Assembly: GCF_964204645.1 (NCBI RefSeq)
Contig: NC_134026.1
Coordinates: forward strand, 14,072,050 to 14,136,049
From: Tubulanus polymorphus
Taxonomy: Eukaryota > Animalia > Nemertea
Length of the DNA stretch: 64,000 nucleotides
Reading direction: 5' to 3'
In this document: positions 14,530 to 29,471 of the stretch, in pieces
Numbering within the stretch: position 1 is the stretch's first letter
Layout of the letters: every line of letters begins with the position of its first letter
Program-made: the position numbers and the translations under genes
The notes under the pieces: generated by a model
The model's input: only the letters and a program-made list of their open reading frames with translations
Told to the model about the DNA's origin: nothing
The model's database searches: none

Positions 14530-14709
14530 AGAAGAATTAGATAGCTATACAAATTAACCGATGAAGAATTAAGTGAGGTTGACTGTCTATATATGTCAAA
14601 ATAGATGGGTTGACTGGCATAGGCCTAATACAATATAGGCAAAATATCTACTTGGCTTCCTATATTCCAGAGGGAGTGGGGCGTTCAGTAGGGGTCCTTA
14701 TTAGGCTAC

Positions 14710-15360
14710 TATTCACCTTGATCTTCCATATATATTTGTATTCCCCAAGGGCTCAGCATAAGAAAAGTTTGGGCAATTGGACTCAAAATGGCCGTCTTGT
14801 GACCTTTTTTGTGCCAAAAAAAATTAATTTTGGCCTGAATCTGAGTCCTGTAGCTTCCTACTGGTTTGCCATTCTTCATTGAAATTTATGATGGTTATTC
14901 TATGAAAAGGGATCTTAAATACATCTGAAGGTATTTTTGATCTGCCAATTATCACACTGTTGGCTGCCATCTTAGTGTCATCAGTAGTCATTCGTGAGTG
15001 GAAAAAAAGTTTTTTGATGAAAATATAAAGAGGTTTTACTAAACATCTAGACATTTTATTGTTATAAGCACTGTCATAAGATACATCTCCTCAAATGGAA
15101 TTGGAAATTTTGCCTACTTCTTTGCTTTTGTCACCAGGGGGAGTTAAATATTGAATAATATATTATTTGTCCATTTATATTAGTAACTATAGCGTATGTA
15201 TAGTATGCATATTTTGTAACCACAATCAGTTGCAAAGTTGCAGCTCATGACATGTTCTATTGATGTTGTGAGTTTCAAGGTCATTGGTTATTCTACATGG
15301 TCACCAGGGGGCATTGAATTGTAAGATAACTTTGTATTTCCTTATTATATTGGTATCAGT
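14710..15360 (+). repeat. Degenerate internal fragment of HINE family 1
   Basis: Shared blocks TGTAGCTTCCTACTGGTTTGCCATT and GGTCACCAGGGGG. Other fragments lie at ~15950-16030, 20800-20950, 23141-23270, 43520-43682 and 50460-51040. Confidence 0.7.
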
Positions 15361-18300
15361 GCGAAAGCACAGAGCGAGTGAGGGATTTTCTTCATTGAAA
15401 TTAACAGTAATGCATGTATCACATATATCTACACAAACTGCGTCATTCGAAGATGCTGTAGTGTTGGGGAATCCCCTTAGTTAAATAATAATAAAAATAC
15501 CCTGTTCGGCATGCGTATTAGAAAAAAAGATATAGGCCTAACGAGAAACATTTTTTTCGCTGATAAAAAAACTGGCATCTCATGCATCCACTTCCCACTA
15601 CTAAGTCAGTTCTAGACACTGTCTTCGACCGTATGGACGTTATGGTTCTCTATTGGAATTTGACTTTGAAATTTATTTGAAATCACTATTTTTTGGTGGT
15701 TGTGGTGGTCTTATGTTGTTTGTCGGGTTTTAAGCATAATTTGTGTGGTCTCAGTTGAATTTTGGATGGTAGCACTGTTTAGTAATGCCCTTAAGATTTA
15801 GCTTTCCCTTACATACAATCTGTGGGTATTTCTTCAAAAACCCGTTTCTATGTATAAATAAAGACTCATAACACTAATGTTAGCAGCTGGTTGCGTGAAC
15901 ATAATAAAAAATCTGATCAAAAATAATTGGTTTTGGTTTCAGTATGTCCCGGCGGCATTGAATATTGGAATCGCCACATTGTTTAACATTTCAAACCTTT
16001 TCCAAATTGGGCATAGTGTCCCTTGACCCCTAATTTGACTGATTCATTCACATTCTATTTTGACTTATAATGGACTTATCACATCTTTCATTGTGTATGA
16101 TTTGAAAATGATGTCACCATTGTTTCTGCCTACCTGTACTTTGATGCCATATGCTTCCAGGAATCCCTAGGTCGACCTTCAGTCCTCTCAATTTTACAGA
16201 TGTAATCAATTATTATAGATAGATAAGCTTATGCATCAATCATATGTTCATGCTTCATTTATCAAGTATTGCCATCATTAATCGCTTGATTAGTAACAGC
16301 ATTTACCTCAGTGCCAATAATCAACTTTTATGATAAAAACTGGCTGTTTGGATACTTTCGCAAAAAATGTCGTGTTAATGTCTTCATTTAAAGGCCGCTT
16401 CCTGTTTCTGTAAAATATTTTTGAAGATTTCAAATGTGGATTGTTTTTATGCCCCCACAATATCTTATGTATAACTGAATTCGACCATCTGTCCGTAATG
16501 AATTCCATGCCCTTGCTTCTTATTCATTAAAAAGATTTTGCTCAATTTCAATAAATGGGTTCTACCTATGTACGGTAACTGATTAGATTTTGGGTCCTGC
16601 ATGTCCGTGGGTCCAGGGCATGATCACAGGAAGCTATTTTGTATTTTTCATATATCAAACGCATAACAGTGTGAGATATATAACTGAAATTTGGTGAATG
16701 GGTGGCTCGGGGTATCTGTCAAATTTACAAGAAGCCATTTTGTGCGGTTCATTTCATGGAGCTCATAAAAGGTTCAACAATAAGATAAGGTTACAAATTC
16801 AGGTGTTTTTGACCTGATATGGGGGCATAAGTCCTCTTCAGCGATATTCTATTCATCCTAGATTTTCTATGATGATTTTGTATTGATCAATATAGTATAA
16901 CCTGTAGGGGCTATAGCCTAGTAGCAGTTTGTTTTGATTTGATATTGATTTGCTGAAAATGGCATGGAAGTATTACTAGCCTAACATATAATCACAATTT
17001 GTGAACTCTGTTGGAGTCGTGTTGTAACCTGATTTCTAGCCATTGTTCATGGTGTTGTTAAAGTGTGCACTACAATTCATAGATAGTAAACATAGTCCTT
17101 AATAAGCAGATAAGGTGAAAAATTCAGCAATACTAGCAAAGAACCCATCCAAGGTCGCGTATTTCCGTCGAGTACTGTCCCCTTTCCTATGGTTTTGGCC
17201 AATATTTTCTAAATTTGGATTGATCACCATCGGTTTTTCTATAGGACCCGGCCCTGCGGTATTGCATTTAGCCACTGGCAAAAGCCGCCATCTTTTGCAT
17301 ATGAACGCGTTGGATTTTTTGACAAAAAATAAAGGGATTTAGGAAGTTGATCCCATCCCGTGTTTCTTTTTTCCCGAAATAATTTAATTTAATTTAATTC
17401 ATTTTTAATTCATTCTTAATTGAATAATTATGCCACCCCCTCCTAAAGGTCAGCATCATGGTAGGGAGGATGACAAACTGCGTCGTGTAGGTGTAAATCT
17501 GGGCAAATCTTCTCCAGGAGTAATCCTTGCTAGTCTTGCGAGGTTTGGTCCAAGGACCTTTGGATTCGGGCCTTTAAGGCTCGGAAACTGAAAACCCAGG
17601 GCAGTTGGACCTCCTCATTTTTTTCTGCAGTCCTTCAAAAAGTAATATAGAAAAACGTCACAGAATAAATTAGGCATGTTCTCTATACCCATTTTGAAAT
17701 TTTCGGTGATAGAAAAAATTCTTATTTTTTTCCCCCTTCACCCTAACAGTTCAATGGTACAGTGTTACTCGTTTAATTTAGGATCAGATTTATTTTCACT
17801 TATCTGGGACTTAAATTAGTTTGATTTTGATACTGGATTAAACATACACCATCGTGTAAATTGAGGAAAGTTCTTAACAATTTTGTTTCTTGTCTAATTT
17901 CCAATAGCAATATGTTTTATCTAAATGTTGTGTAGTGTATTTAAGAATATTATGTCCCATGTAATCAATTTTGTACCTATGTCTGATTTTACTAAAAATA
18001 AATGATTCATTTGTATCCGGTATCTAGAAGTATGTTATATCTGAGTCTGAGGGATCATTCATTTATTACGTACGCATACAATTTGAATTTTTCAACCCCC
18101 TCCCCCTCTGTACGCAAAATCGGCCATTTTTTCATATACATTAAGCATTACAATATGCAATTGCACTGACTTTCCTCATGACGTGGTGCATGTTAAGCGT
18201 TAAGTAACATGGCGGCACAATTAAGTAGGTTCATATTCATCGTTGCTAACATGATTTCTGATACTCAAGGTGTATCATACAACGATTTATTGTGTGAAAT

Positions 18301-18727
18301 GATTCCTCTAATTTTGAAATCCCATGCAAAAGGTAACATAGCATCAAGATATCTGGTGAAAATTTGGGTTCAAAATGCGGATACTTACTTCAATGTTCGC
18401 CACACAGGCACGGCTGATTGATTGATAACTATGAATTTTTAGTGATAGTCTGATATTAGCAAGACTGGAATACTTGTTTTATTGTCATTAATTGAAGTCA
18501 TTTTATAGACGTTTGCATTGCTATCCGTTTTAGAGCCTGGTTAGGCAAGACCAATCTTTTATTTTGATCAACGGGCCCGCCGAACTTGAAAACGGGAATT
18601 TTGAAGTAAAATAGAATAGCCAAAATTTTTGTTTTTCATTTTTATTTTGCCGCCAATCTTCATGTTCGGGTGTTTTCTGAGAATAAAAATAAAAGAAGTC
18701 ATAAAAATCTTCCTAAATCATGATTGA

Positions 18728-18946
<219 letters not shown>

Positions 18947-19831
18947 TAATAGAATTATGCCATATTGTTATTTTGCTGGGTATCAGGTTTAGTTTTCCCA
19001 TTATGATTGCTTTTAACCTACTTATTCAGCTCTGTAGATGAGATAATTAGGGAGCTAGGGAAAATTTCTGACACCCTATGATTTATTATTGTCTTGATAT
19101 TAGCTTTTATACAGTTAGGCCTATCTAATCAGCACGTTTTTGATGTTTTAATGGAAATTTTTTAATAGGGTTTGATCTGATCAATTGCTTTGAGGTTCGA
19201 TTTGTATTCAGGGCCAACCATTACAAGAGAAGTTTGTCAGAAACAAGAGCATTTTGTTGAGTATTATTACTCGCCTTTTGTAGGCAAAACCAAGTGTTTT
19301 TGATGCATAGGCCTTTATGTTATCCAAGATGGCCACCAGAGTCATATTGAAACCTATTTTTGAGATGTGAGCTAGTGTCAGGAACCCTATTACAATTTTG
19401 CATTCTCTACATTACTGTCCAGGGATGAAAATCCTCCATGGAAACGCTGATTTACGCGGTACGTAGTACACGTCATCCTATTGTAATCGTGAAATCCGTC
19501 ACATCAAACGATTACATCCGTTTTACGTGACGTACGCGTCTGAAACTTTCACTTGCGCTTAAATGTGAAACACATTAGGTTGAGTTCGTATATGGTGAAT
19601 TTTTATAACTTGGTTAATAAGAAATTGCCTAAATAAAAAATTTGAGACTCTAAAGTAGTGCCGCCTCTGTCTAGAAGTAAACCTGTATAAGTCCACGCTT
19701 AAAATAGTGCCACGCATACATTTTTGAGATACTTTATATAGGCCTTTTCTCTGATTAAGTTGTATATTTCCGTATATAGATATCAGGAAATTTATTTTGT
19801 CGTTTATTGCCCGAAAGTTCGGCATTTTCTT

Positions 19832-19857
19832 GGTGTGTGTGTGTGTGTGTGTGTGTG
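19832..19857. repeat. (GT)n microsatellite
   Basis: Direct read of the sequence. Confidence 0.95.
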
Positions 19858-21599
19858 TCAGCGGATTAATTGAATGTTTACACATTGGTGATATGGACTC
19901 GGCAATACACGTGCTACATTGATTCAACATCAGCTGCTGTGCTGCATCGATACTCAGTGTTCACGTGCACTCTAAAGGTCTAGAACATGCACTGTATAGT
20001 TTTTTCTGATCCCAGTATGTTGAGTAATGCTGAAAACTTTCTTACTATTACTAAGTAAAATGATTAATAGTCGTTAATTAATTCCTGTCAGCCATCCATA
20101 TTTAGAGCCCGATTATGTGTAGGCCTATCTAGTTGGTGGCGCAGTGATGAGAGCCTGCGCAGTGATGAGAGCCTGCGCATCGATAACATGAGTTACAGTC
20201 CCGTCGGCAATATCGCCTTGTACATGCGGTTTTCACCATGTATGTATCAGTAATAGATATTGCGCGCTACGGAGCGGGTGGCACATAGGCTACAATCCAC
20301 ACGCTCGTTTAGTCGAAAAGGTCTTGAATTAGCAGAAGAAATATTATTCACAACTGCTACTATAAGAAATTATCCTATTGTGAAACCATTAAAAACCGAT
20401 TAAAAACAAATTAAAGTCGGCAAACTTAATTTGGTCAGTAACTAGTTTAACTTCTACTGATATAACCCTAAGGGTACAGCTAGCAGTTGGCCTTTGGTTC
20501 AGTTTGTGAACAGCTTGAAAACAACTGTTTTAACACATAGATGTGAAGCGTGTACCCCATGGACTGCATGGTTATTGGCCTATGTCATGGGTTCGTGGCG
20601 ATTGTGCGAGAGCAGACTGTATCCGGTGGTCACAGTAAGTATAACTTGATAATATATGTATTGAACATGCATTGATGGCTAAAATGATACCTTCGTTTTT
20701 CAACCCTCTCTTTTCAACTCTGTTTTCATCCCTGACTCTCGCTCACTGGCCGAGGGGTATTCCCTATGTATGTTTAGTTGAACATTTTCAATGGAAATTG
20801 TTAAGACACTTTGTTCAATTACCTTGATCTTTCCTATAATCGTACATCCCCCAAGGGCCCATTAACGTAAGAAAATAGGATCGATCTGACTCAAGATGGC
20901 CATCCTGTGACCTCTTGTGCCCGAAAATGTCAATTTTGGCCTGAATTCTGAGGGCTGGCCGTAGTACCCGTGAGGGCTCTTGTTTGGTTTACCTTTGTTA
21001 GCGATAGAGTGGGCATTACAAATTGGCTCAAGTATATTTTGGTCGTCCAAAATGGCTACCACATCCATATTTGCGAGTGAAATCAGAATTTTAGATTATA
21101 GAAATGTTTCCTTTGCCATTTTCGTCAAAAAATAAAAGCTCTTATCTACCTGGGTTAGATGTCTGCGTGCACGATGTCTGCTTCATAGTATTATTCCAGC
21201 CTCAAAATATAATGTTTCATTTGATTTGTGGCTTCATACCATGGTGGAAAGGTGGCCTTCTTGTTTCATAAAATCCAAAGTATCATTACAATTTTCTTAA
21301 GTTAGGTATTGCTAAAACGCAGCTATAAAGTCTGTTCATTCCCAAAAGAGCCAGGAAGGAGGATCACTATATACTGCCACTTAAATAAACCAATTGTGAC
21401 ACATTTGTATTGTAGTAATAGGAAACATCACCGTGTGCTTGTTCCACCCATGCCTAAAAATTAGGATAATCCATACAATATAATTTTTTTGATACTTCTG
21501 ATTCACTTAGTGATGTCGCTAGGCTCTCCTCATTTTGCTACATGTGTCTCTTTCACTATTGTCATCTCCATTTGATACTTTAGATTCTAAATAACTTGA

Positions 21600-21870
21600 T
21601 TCTGAAGAGTCTGATTCGTTGGCGCTTTATTGGTGCATTTCATTTGTGCTTTATCCAAAACACCACTGTGGTACTTGGCATTGTCAATAACAATAATCAA
21701 ATTGGGCGGAATGTTTGGAATGTTTGGTAGAAGTTTTTCAGTGAACTATTTTTTGAAGTTTTCAGCATTCATTTCAACGTGGTAATGTCCCATCTTTGAT
21801 CCTCTTAAAAATTAGTTCTGCATTTGGTACAAACCATTAGAAAAACCAGCATGACAAACCATAAGGCCAC
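21600..21870 (-). pseudogene. IS630/Tc1/mariner-superfamily DDE transposase remnant
   Basis: Reverse strand gives VCHAG...FVPNAELIFK...YHVEMNAENFKK*FTEKLLPNIP...IIVIDNAKYHS, the DDE_3-type VMDNAxYH region, with a stop and indels. Confidence 0.75.
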
Positions 21871-22705
21871 ATATCATCCCTTCCTTTAAATTGCAGTAAA
21901 CCTTTAAATTAGTTTGATACTGTGAAGATAAATACTTGGAGCTATCTTGGTTGACGGTTCCTAGAACACCCCAAGGCAATTGCAAATGTATATGAAATTT
22001 ATTTTGATAAAAAGGACAAATGACGAAAAAAATACAAACAACTCATTTAGAAACTTGATAATGTTCTTATTTTGTTGTAATTAATGTTATCGTTAAGGCG
22101 CTTTAAAAAAAAATTTCTTGGATTTCTGATCCGCCGTCGAGAATGCTCGGTTTTCTAGAATAAAAAAAAAAGAATTATTTTTTTTTATTTCCGCTACCTG
22201 CCCTAACAAAAAACGGATACTAGAAAGATAAAAAAATCTTATATTTTCTTATGCTTAAAATATATGTGAAACCAGATCTCATCGGTGTGTCAATTTTATT
22301 ATATTCTTTATGGGTTTATAAACTGTCTAGTGGAATGGCATAAGTTCCAGTCCGTATTGGTCTGACACAGAGCTGTTGCGATACCTCCACAGACGTTTTT
22401 GGGGAAGTTTGTTTCTAGGAATAGAAAGGGGTTCCCACCCCAGAAAATTTTTAGAATATTTCATGCAAGCAGGCTCAATCAGTTGCAATCTGAGGCTGTC
22501 CGATCACGGGCCAATTTACGTGTCGGCAGCCATTTTTATTGTGAGACCAGCGCTAATTCTACACTAAGATCACGGAATCGTGAAACAATGTAGACTGGTT
22601 CCCCTTTACTTTGCATGTATTGATTTTATTTTGCTAATTTAGCAAATGCAGACCATATGCCGACGTTTAAAAATTCAAAAACAAAGATCTTACAATTTGT
22701 TTCAG

Positions 22706-22837
22706 CTGATAATTTAAACAAAAAACCTCGCACAACAAAAAAGCAGGACTTCACCGAATTTAATGCACCTGGATGTGAGAAATGGGAGCAGATGTCACCT
22801 CAGCTAGCGCTTGCTACATTCCAGTTCATGTCGACAT
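22706..22837 (+). CDS. CNNM: CNNM exon 3 (linker into CNBH domain)
   Basis: Acceptor ttcag and donor gtaagt. Translates to (T)DNLNKKPRTTKKQDFTEF...MSPQLALATFQFMST, matching the CNNM KQDF...SPQL region. 132 nt. Confidence 0.92.
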
Positions 22838-23334
22838 GTAAGTGTTCTTTGGAATTAGTTTTCAGCTACTTTGCAGAAAACCCTGAGGGGATGAGCTGTC
22901 CGGCGTCAACTTTTATTTGTGTCACATCTTCCTCCATAACCTTAAGGGATGTTTTCATGAAACATGGTCCACTTGTTCTCCTTGCTACCTACCCCATTGC
23001 TTTCTATTGAGCAATTTTTTATCAGACAACCGGTGGAGCCACCAGAGGGCGACTTGTAAAAATATGTCAGATTTTTGTCACATCATTCTCAGTAACTTAA
23101 CATTAGATGGTTGTGAAGGTATGTTCTGGACATTCTCCCATTTTTAGTCCACTTGGGACTTTCCTCCCAGCAGGCTTTTGCGTTCACCTGGCGTCTGTTT
23201 GTCCTTATAGGGAATCCAGTCATTTTGGGAAGTTTTGAAGACGCTTCAATGGATTGTTTTGATCTTTGGGCTTATCATGGATGAAAACCTTCTGACCATA
23301 CACGGATTTCTGACCTTTAATTCCATTTTCTTAA

Positions 23335-25172
23335 CCCTTACAATACCACTACCATATGGCATACGGTACAAATTGACAAGCTAGCATACCCGTACTGTAT
23401 GTGATACAGTATCACTTAACCCTTCTTCTAGAAGGGCATATCTATCAGTATCAGCTGGTGCTGCCATCTGCATAAAATCCAAGATGGCAAGGGCCAGGAA
23501 AAAACAATTTGGCTGGATGAAACGGTTCAGCAGCTCGTATATGATGCTGACAGTGATGCGGGTCACTTGGAATTTGGTAGTGAACAAATTGAGAGTGACA
23601 ACGAATATGACAGCAGCAGTTCAGATGATGAGACTTAGTCAGAAAATAGGTTTATAGTGCCGGCAATGATTTTGCTGATGAAAATGAAATCAGTGAAAAA
23701 TGAAATCAATTTTTTTAGACCCTGTTGATACGGTTGTCATGGCAACGGACACCAATAACAATAATGAAGAACCAGAAACTGTCCATCCTCAAGGTCACAT
23801 ATATCCAAATTATTTGTCTTATTTGTAAGCCCAAAGGTTATCAACACCCTGGTTAGTTAGTTACCTAATCGTTGGTGGCAAGCTTTTTATAATCGGATGG
23901 GCTTATACCAACGTTAGGGATGACAAGGACCAAAACACGGTTGAAAAAAGTAACACTTCAAAAATATACTTTCTATTCACTTCAGTCCACGATTAATGGC
24001 TTAATTCACAAACTAACACACATACTTCGAAATAATCCAATTTTATGTATGTTTCGAGTGATTAATCAACATTATTTTGAGAAATTAATTAATTTCTCCA
24101 CAAATTTCGCCATTGGCCGCCATTTCTCTGTATTGCACATGTGGCATGATAAGACAAGGGGACCTACAAGGATTTATATAAAACTTCCAAGACGAAACGA
24201 CAATTTTTATTTTTGATGGTTTTCCAACTTATATTTCAAAACTTCGTGTTTTCCAAAATAAATAATGAAATAATAAATTCTGGTAAAAGAAAAATGTAAA
24301 TAAGTGTTGATTTCTTAATTTTTTTCAATTTCGTCGTTTCGCTTTATTAGTTTGTGCTGTTGTCCTGGCCTCAGTCCACAGGTGCCAGCACCTCCAGTAA
24401 TTTTCAAAATGGCAGCTGTTGACTCAACGGAAATTTACTCTCACTTTACGGCCGATTTGCACATGGATTAAGATCGTCAGGTGAGGTGTTATAGGTATCA
24501 GAAAAAATAAGAAACTGTTGTGCGTCGATTACAACAAAAATTAGATGGATATCTTAGGAGACAATGAAATGCCAGGCAAATTACTCGTCAGTCAAATTGG
24601 CTGACGAAGATTGCATACAAAAATGACCTTCCCATTCCTGACTGTGGTTTGTGAAAATATCCGATCTTGAAACTAAACCACAGACAGGTTACTGACTACA
24701 CCCTGGTATACAATATATCAGTGTCAAATACATAGGTTACAATTTTCTGAGGCCTGAAATTATACCCCAATGAAACCCCTTACATCCGGCCTTCCGACAT
24801 ATTGGTGGAAAAGTTGGTAAATTAGTGGAAAAATAAATCTTTTAGTTGTGCTATTGAAATTTTTACTACATAAAGTAAGGATATATGGCATACAATTTCA
24901 GTTGGAATTGAATAGATCAGTGCATTTTGCTGGGAGTCAGCAGTTTATCTGAAACTTTTTCGTGAAGTTTTCATGGTGGCCATCTTGGAGAATGTGACCT
25001 TGACCCACATTATTTATGTCTACTTTGTTGGCACAAAAGTTATCAACAACATGCTATATAATTTTTCTGTGTCAGATACCTTGGTAACTATTCCATGAAG
25101 CCTCAAATATACCCCTATAAACCCCTAAATTCCCTCTGGTACAGCAGGGGAGACACTGTGGTATTGAAAGGG
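23335..25172 (+). mobile_element. Non-autonomous piggyBac element
   Basis: TTAA on both sides (23331-34, 25173-76). 15-bp TIRs CCCTTACAATACCAC / GTGGTATTGAAAGGG with one mismatch. An acidic D/E/S-rich reading-frame remnant near 23485-23636 resembles a piggyBac transposase N-terminus. Confidence 0.8.
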
Positions 25173-25320
25173 TTAATTCCTGCGGTAGTTAGCACAACTG
25201 TGGAGTCAGAGAAACCAATAGGGCCTATGGCATCTCATTGGAAAAGCGGCTCTAATTCAGGCCCAAACTATTAACATTTTGATCAAAAGAAAGTAAGCTT
25301 TTTAGGCTTAAAGTTACTGA

Positions 25321-27170
25321 TTTTTAGCCCACTTGGGACTTTAGTCCCAGCGGGCTATTGCGTTCACTTTTCGTCGGTCGTCCGTCCGTAGACGGAATCC
25401 AGTTATTTTGGGAAGTTTTGAAGACGCTTCAAGGTAATATCTTGATATTTGGGTTACACATGTACCGTAAAAACCGGCGTATAAGTCGAGTTTTTAACCC
25501 TTGATTTTACCACTAAATTATTGACCTCGACTTATACGCCGAGTACAGTTTTCTACGAAGTATTTTCAGGTCACAAGAAATATTGATTCTACCAGACAAA
25601 AAAGACAGTGTTCATCTTCTTACTGCTATAACAGTTTGAATAATTATTTATGATAAATAAAGTTATTTAATGAAAAAAACTTCTTTCATTTTGACACAGC
25701 TTCATTTAAAACGATGTATTCATATATGCGCGCTCATAGCAGCGCTTAATACATTAGGCTATATATAGCGTGTGACTCACACTACTGTATCACTATATGG
25801 TAGTGTACTATACCTGAGTGTGTGTAACAGTCTGTTGATTAACACACAGCAGCAATCGGGCTGACGCGTGGCGGCGTGCGTGAAGGCACACATCCTTATC
25901 AAAACAAACTATTCAATACAATGATACTAGTAATTATTCTTCTAAGAGAAGGGACTCGACTTATAAGCCGGATATATGTTAAAATCATGAAATGTAGGTC
26001 TAAAAATCGACCTCGACTTATACGCCGCGTAGACTTATACGCCGGTTTTTACGGTATCTACCCTAGACACATCTTCAGCCCAAAAACTGGCCCTGTCAGA
26101 TTCAAGATGGCCGACTGGCAGCCATTGTTGTTCGCCAAAATCAGCACTTTTTACACATTTTTGAACTTTTTGAGCGAAATTTTGAAGACTCTTTGATCAA
26201 TTACCTTGATCTTTCGGATATATGTGAATCCCCCAGGGCCCATCAGCATAACAAAAATTGGGTCGATCGGACACAAGATGGCCGTCCTATGACCTTTTTA
26301 GTGCCCAAAAATGTTAGTTTTGGCCCAAATTCTGAGTCCTGTAGCTTCCTACTGGTTTATCATTTCTCATTGCAATTTGTGATGGGTATTCTTTGGAAAG
26401 GGATGTTTTATACCTGAGACAGGTATTTTTCATCAGCCAATTATGACGCAATTGGCGGCCATCTTGGTGTCAGCAGTACTCATTCGTAAGTGGGAAAAAG
26501 TTTTTCCACATTATATTGATACCTAAGCGTTTGTTACCACAATCATTTTGAAAGTTGTAGCTCATAACGTGTTCTATGATTGTGGTGAGTTTCAAGGTCA
26601 TTGGTTTTTGTATATGGCCACCAGGGGGCGTTGAATAATGCAATATCTTAGTATTTCTATATTATATTCATATCAATGCATATTTTGTAACCACAATCAA
26701 TTGCAAAGTTGTAGCTCATGACATCATCTATGATTGTGGCAAGTTTTAAGGCCATTAGTTATTCTATATGGTCACCAGGGGGCGTTGAATAGTAGAATAA
26801 CTTAGTATTTCCTTATTATATTGGTACCTAGGCATATTTTGTTACCATGATCAATTACAAAGTTATAGTTCGTGACATGTTCTATGATTGTGGTGAATTT
26901 CAAGGTCATTGGGTTTTGAATATGGTCACCAGGGGGCGCTGAATAGTAGAATAACTTAGTATTTCCATATTAAAGTGGTAACGAGGCATATTTTTTTATC
27001 ACAATCAATTACAAAATCGTAGCTGCTGACATGTTCTATGATTGCGGTGAGTTTCAAGGTCATTGGATTCTGTATATGGTCACCAGGGGGCGTTGAATAT
27101 TGAAATTGTTAGATTGTTGAGCATTTGGAACCACTTCCCAAGTGGGCATGGTGTCCCTGGACCCCTAGTT
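25321..27170 (+). mobile_element. HINE family 1, full copy carrying a MITE insertion
   Basis: Same termini and four 154-bp units as 9652-10912. Confidence 0.85.
25465..26054. mobile_element. Tc1/mariner (pogo/Tigger-like) MITE
   Basis: TIRs CCGTAAAAACCGGCGTATAAGTC / GACTTATACGCCGGTTTTTACGG. The TA duplication sits at a site that is a single TA (CATGTATCTAC) in the other HINE copies. Confidence 0.9.
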
Positions 27171-28030
27171 GACTTTGTCGACTCGAAATCTTCATAATGG
27201 GTCTGGGGACCTTTCCAGTAATAACTTTCTCACAAAATGCCGTGCATGTAAACTCGTCTTTTGTACCGTACACTTTTGTTATGCGATTAGTGCCATTCAA
27301 AACATTACCAAACAAAGATAAAACGTTGAGAAGATGAAACTGTGAAACGTTCCAGTTACGCATTAATTAGCAGTCAAAGTTCGGTTTTTTTTCGTGAATA
27401 TATGTTCCATCCGGAAAATAAATACCTCAATCTGCGGAGATCACGTGGGCTCTTTCAGCTAATCACTGCTCTTCACCGGGTAGGTTGGCCTGCGTGATCG
27501 CGCTTGTGACGCCATTGTGAGAAAGCTGCGCTCTGATTGGTTATTGAGGGAATACCCTTAGCAGCTGGGGTATTCCCCAAACCACCAGTTTAGCTGAACG
27601 AGAAATTGCACAAGGGATACACGCCATTTTGACGTCTTGGGTAAGTGAAGTTCATGTTTTTTGCTGAGCATGGTACAATTATCTAATGTAGTGTGAGGAT
27701 CCAGTTAATTATGGCAATGCTGGCTCCAATGTTGATGGAATTCTGACTTTGATCTATTCTGTCAGTGTCTTAAGCACGCAAAATTCTCACGCCGAAAACT
27801 AAATTAAACAACCTGACTACGGTGGTGTTTTCTGTCGATTTCTAGTGACAAAGTATCAAAGTTCGCGTAATTTTTAGCTGCATGTGATTTATTTTCAACC
27901 GCATTTGTGTGCCCTTCTAATAATTATTAATCATCAAATTAAAATTTCAACTTAATTTATTTCGCCTGGGAGACGATCTGCTCTCAGCCGTGTATGGGCT
28001 TACGTAACCATAAAGTGTGAAATATTTCCA

Positions 28031-29471
28031 TTTTTAGCCCACTTGGGACTTTAGTCCCAGCAGGCTATTGCGTTCACTTTTCGTCCGTCGTCCGTTCGTC
28101 CGTTTGTCCGTCCGTCCGTAGACAGAATCCAGTTATTTTGGGAAGTTTTGAAGATGCTTCAAGGTAACGTCTTGATATTTGGGTTACACATGTATCTACC
28201 CTAGACACATCTTCAGACCAAAAACTGGCCCTGTCAGAATCAAGATGGCCGACTGGCAGCCATTGTTGTTCACCAGTCCGTAGACGGAATCCAGTTATTT
28301 TGGGAAGTTTTGAAGATGCATCAAGGTAACGTCTTGATATTTGGGTTACACATGTATCTACCCTAGACACATCTTCAGCCCAAAAACTGGCCCTGTCAGA
28401 ATCAAGATGGCCGACTGGCAGCCATTGTTTTTGCCAAAATCAGCACTTTTTACACATTTTTGAACTTTTTGAGGGAAATTTTGAAGACGCTTTGATCAAT
28501 TACCTTGATCTTTCGGATATATGTGAATCCCCCCAGGGCTCATCAACATAACAAAAATTGGGTCGGTCGGACTCAAGATGGCCGTCCTATGACCTTTTAA
28601 GTGCCCAAAAATGTTAATTTTGGCCCGAATTCTGAGTCCTGTAGCTTCCTACTGGTTTGCCATTTCTCATTACAATTTGTGATGGGTGTTCTTTGGAAAG
28701 GGATATTTTATACCTGAGACAGGTATTTTTCATCGGCCAATTATGACGCAATTGGCGGCCATCTTGGTGTCACCAGTACTCATTCGTAAGTGGGAAAGTT
28801 TTTCCACATTATATTGATACCTAAGCGTATTTTGCTACCACAATCAATTAGAAAGTTGTAGCTCATAACGTGTTCTATGATTGTGGTGAGTTTATAGGTA
28901 ATTGGAATTCGCATATGGCCACCAAGGGGCGTTGAATAATACAATATCTTAGCATTTCTTTATTATATTCGTACCTATGAATATTTTGTAACCACAATCA
29001 ATTGGAAAGTTGTAGCTCATGACATCATCTATGATTGTTGCGAGTTTTAAGGACATAAGTTTTTCTATATGGTCACCAGGGGGCGTTGAATAGTAGAATA
29101 ACTTAGTATTTCGTTATTATATTGGTACCTAGGCATATTTTGTTACCATGATCAATTGCAAAGTTGTAGTTCATGACATGTTCTATGATTGTGGTGAGTT
29201 TCGAGGTCATTGGGTTTTGAATATGGTCACCAGGGGGCGTTGAATAGTAGAATGACTTAGTATTTCCATATTAAATTGGTAACGCGGCATATTTTGTTAT
29301 CACAATCAATTACAAAACCGTAGCAGCTGACATGTTCTATGATTGTGGTGAGTTTTAAGGTCATTGGTTTTTGTGAATGGTCACCAGGGGGCGTTGAATA
29401 TTGAAATTGTTAGATTGTTGAGCATTTGAAACCACTTCCCAAGTGGGCATGGTGTCCCTGGACCCCTAGTT
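28031..29471 (+). mobile_element. HINE family 1, full copy with an internal duplication of its 5' ~160 bp
   Basis: Block GTCCGTAGAC...GCCATTGTT appears at ~28113-28275 and again at ~28276-28430. Confidence 0.85.
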